DNA of 64,000 bases from Lepidodermella squamata (taxonomy: Eukaryota; Animalia; Gastrotricha), in the NCBI GenBank assembly GCA_047495785.1, contig JBLDXI010000009.1:5394001-5458000 (forward strand). The letters run 5' to 3'. The position numbers and the translations under genes were made by a program. Position 1 is the first letter of the stretch, and each line of letters begins with the position of its first letter. Under the pieces are notes generated by a model, which was not told where the DNA came from, searched no databases, and saw nothing but the letters and a program-made list of their open reading frames with translations. Of the stretch, positions 62,402 to 64,000 are shown in pieces.

Positions 62402-64000
62402 TCACGATCGCTTGCGGCCGTTTCCTGATTTTTCGAAGAACATGAAGTCCTGCAAAAAAAAATAAAAAATGTTCACAACTTCAAATTTTCCGATCTCTCA
62501 CTCGACTCAAAAATAAATTGATTGAAACCATGAGACCGGAGTAAATAAGTTTCAGCATTTCAACAGCAAACTAGGTATCAGTTTCTTCGAAATTTTCTGA
62601 CTTAGACAGCCGAGAAAACGTAACTGAAAAATTGAATTCAGACTGGAAATTTCTAAATTTTACAATAAAGTGAAACATAAATTTTTTTAATTATACCACT
62701 TTTTAATTAGTTATTTTTTGAAATAAATTGAAGTAGAAAATTGCTTTTCAGTCAGGATAAATTTCGAATCATTATTTTATAATTTGGAGTATAATTTCGA
62801 TGACATGTTTTTATTTACAAACAGACTAACAATTGTGAAAGCTTTACTTTGCGGATATTTCGTTAATGACCCATGGCAATAATGAAACTAAATTACGGCT
62901 TACAATAAGAAACAGCACGCCCATTAAGGTGGCTTTAACGCGCACGTCGAGATCGCGCGGGAAGGCGATGCCGAAATTATCCGCATCAGTGAACACCTCC
63001 TGCGCAAAGCCGGACCACTGCTTCACGATCTTGCCGACTTTATCGCCGCCCGACACCGGGTAAATGTCGAATTCAGACGGGCAAGGGCAGGCCGGCATGA
63101 TGCAACACGGCCCGTCGATGCGTAGCTGGGGAACCAAGGCTTCGTCGAGAATTTCAAAATTCGGGCCGCACGTTGAGCACGTCGAACGAGCGTAGCCAAG
63201 AACGGCCCCGCCAGGCGATTCGACTCGAATTTCGTGATGACAACCTAGTAGGAAAAATTAGAAATCGATATCTATTTTACAAACAACCGATAATTCATTT
63301 TCAATCAAATTTTCTATTTAAAACATGGGCGGTAAGCAAAATTATGGGCATTAATAATCAATTAGCTTGGCCTCGTTCAACTTTACGGTATATTAGGAAA
63401 AATATCTGATTTCATAATCCAGAGGGCTCGTAGTATCCAATTAACCTTTACAAATTCCACTTTCGTATGGCACTATTAATGGGCTTCGCCCACTGCACTG
63501 CGATTTTTCGTCAATAATTGGTTTTCGCGTCATAACTCAACATCTCTAGGGAATTTCATTGAAAGGTTAAATTAAATTCGGACGCTTCCAGTCATATGAA
63601 ATTTCAAAATAACAAAACTCAATTGAGCTAGGCAATTTTGAGAACATGTTTGTAAGTGAAACTCATTTCTAATTCAGGTCCAATTACTTTGAATTTTGAG
63701 AAGTTCGAATAAGAAATGCGATTCATACGTACAATTAGAGCAGCAACAGCCGCCAACAGCGCATAACTTGAATGGGCGGTGAATGCGCAGAACTTCTTGG
63801 CTCGAACTATCAACAATGTGAATCGTGAATTCGCGATTCGTCCCGCAGCAGAAACGCATACAAAACGTCGATTCTTCGAATGCGTAATAGCACTGCTGGC
63901 CCAAATTGTTGAAAATGCGGTATTTATTCGCCTCTTCGAACCCAGTCATCGCCTCAAGAATTTCAGCCTGTTGCTGCACTAATAACTGGTCGATTTGTGT
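62402..64000 (-). CDS. Phospholipid scramblase paralogue 8 (5' end beyond the window)
   Basis: [62 protein letters not shown]. Confidence 0.92.

Overview
Gene-dense window of a compact invertebrate (metazoan) nuclear genome with mostly ~50-nt GT-AG introns; the species cannot be named from sequence alone. Left to right: a tandem family of five divergent YKT6-like longin genes or pseudogenes (minus strand) interrupted by a class C (GABA-B-like) GPCR; METTL2 and a ZCCHC7/Air2-like gene only 43 nt apart (operon-like); a Ki-67-like FHA/repeat gene; a cluster of 5 tRNAs; a transposon-rich stretch (non-LTR RT fragment, SWIM-YqaJ pseudogene, foldback and P-like MITEs) holding an astacin-EGF-CUB-kringle gene whose zinc site is fully degenerate; a second cluster of 8 tRNAs with an inverted duplication that starts exactly at a hAT MITE end; an anoctamin with a substituted Ca2+ site; an unrecognised four-peptide secreted precursor; and eight co-oriented phospholipid scramblase paralogues interleaved with RABL6 and PYM1. 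The best novelty candidates are the KR-GVP peptide precursor, the anchorless YKT6-like array with a shared post-stop motif, the scramblase/anoctamin locus, the putative trans-spliced operon and the dead astacin. All family assignments come from motif recognition by eye, not database searches.
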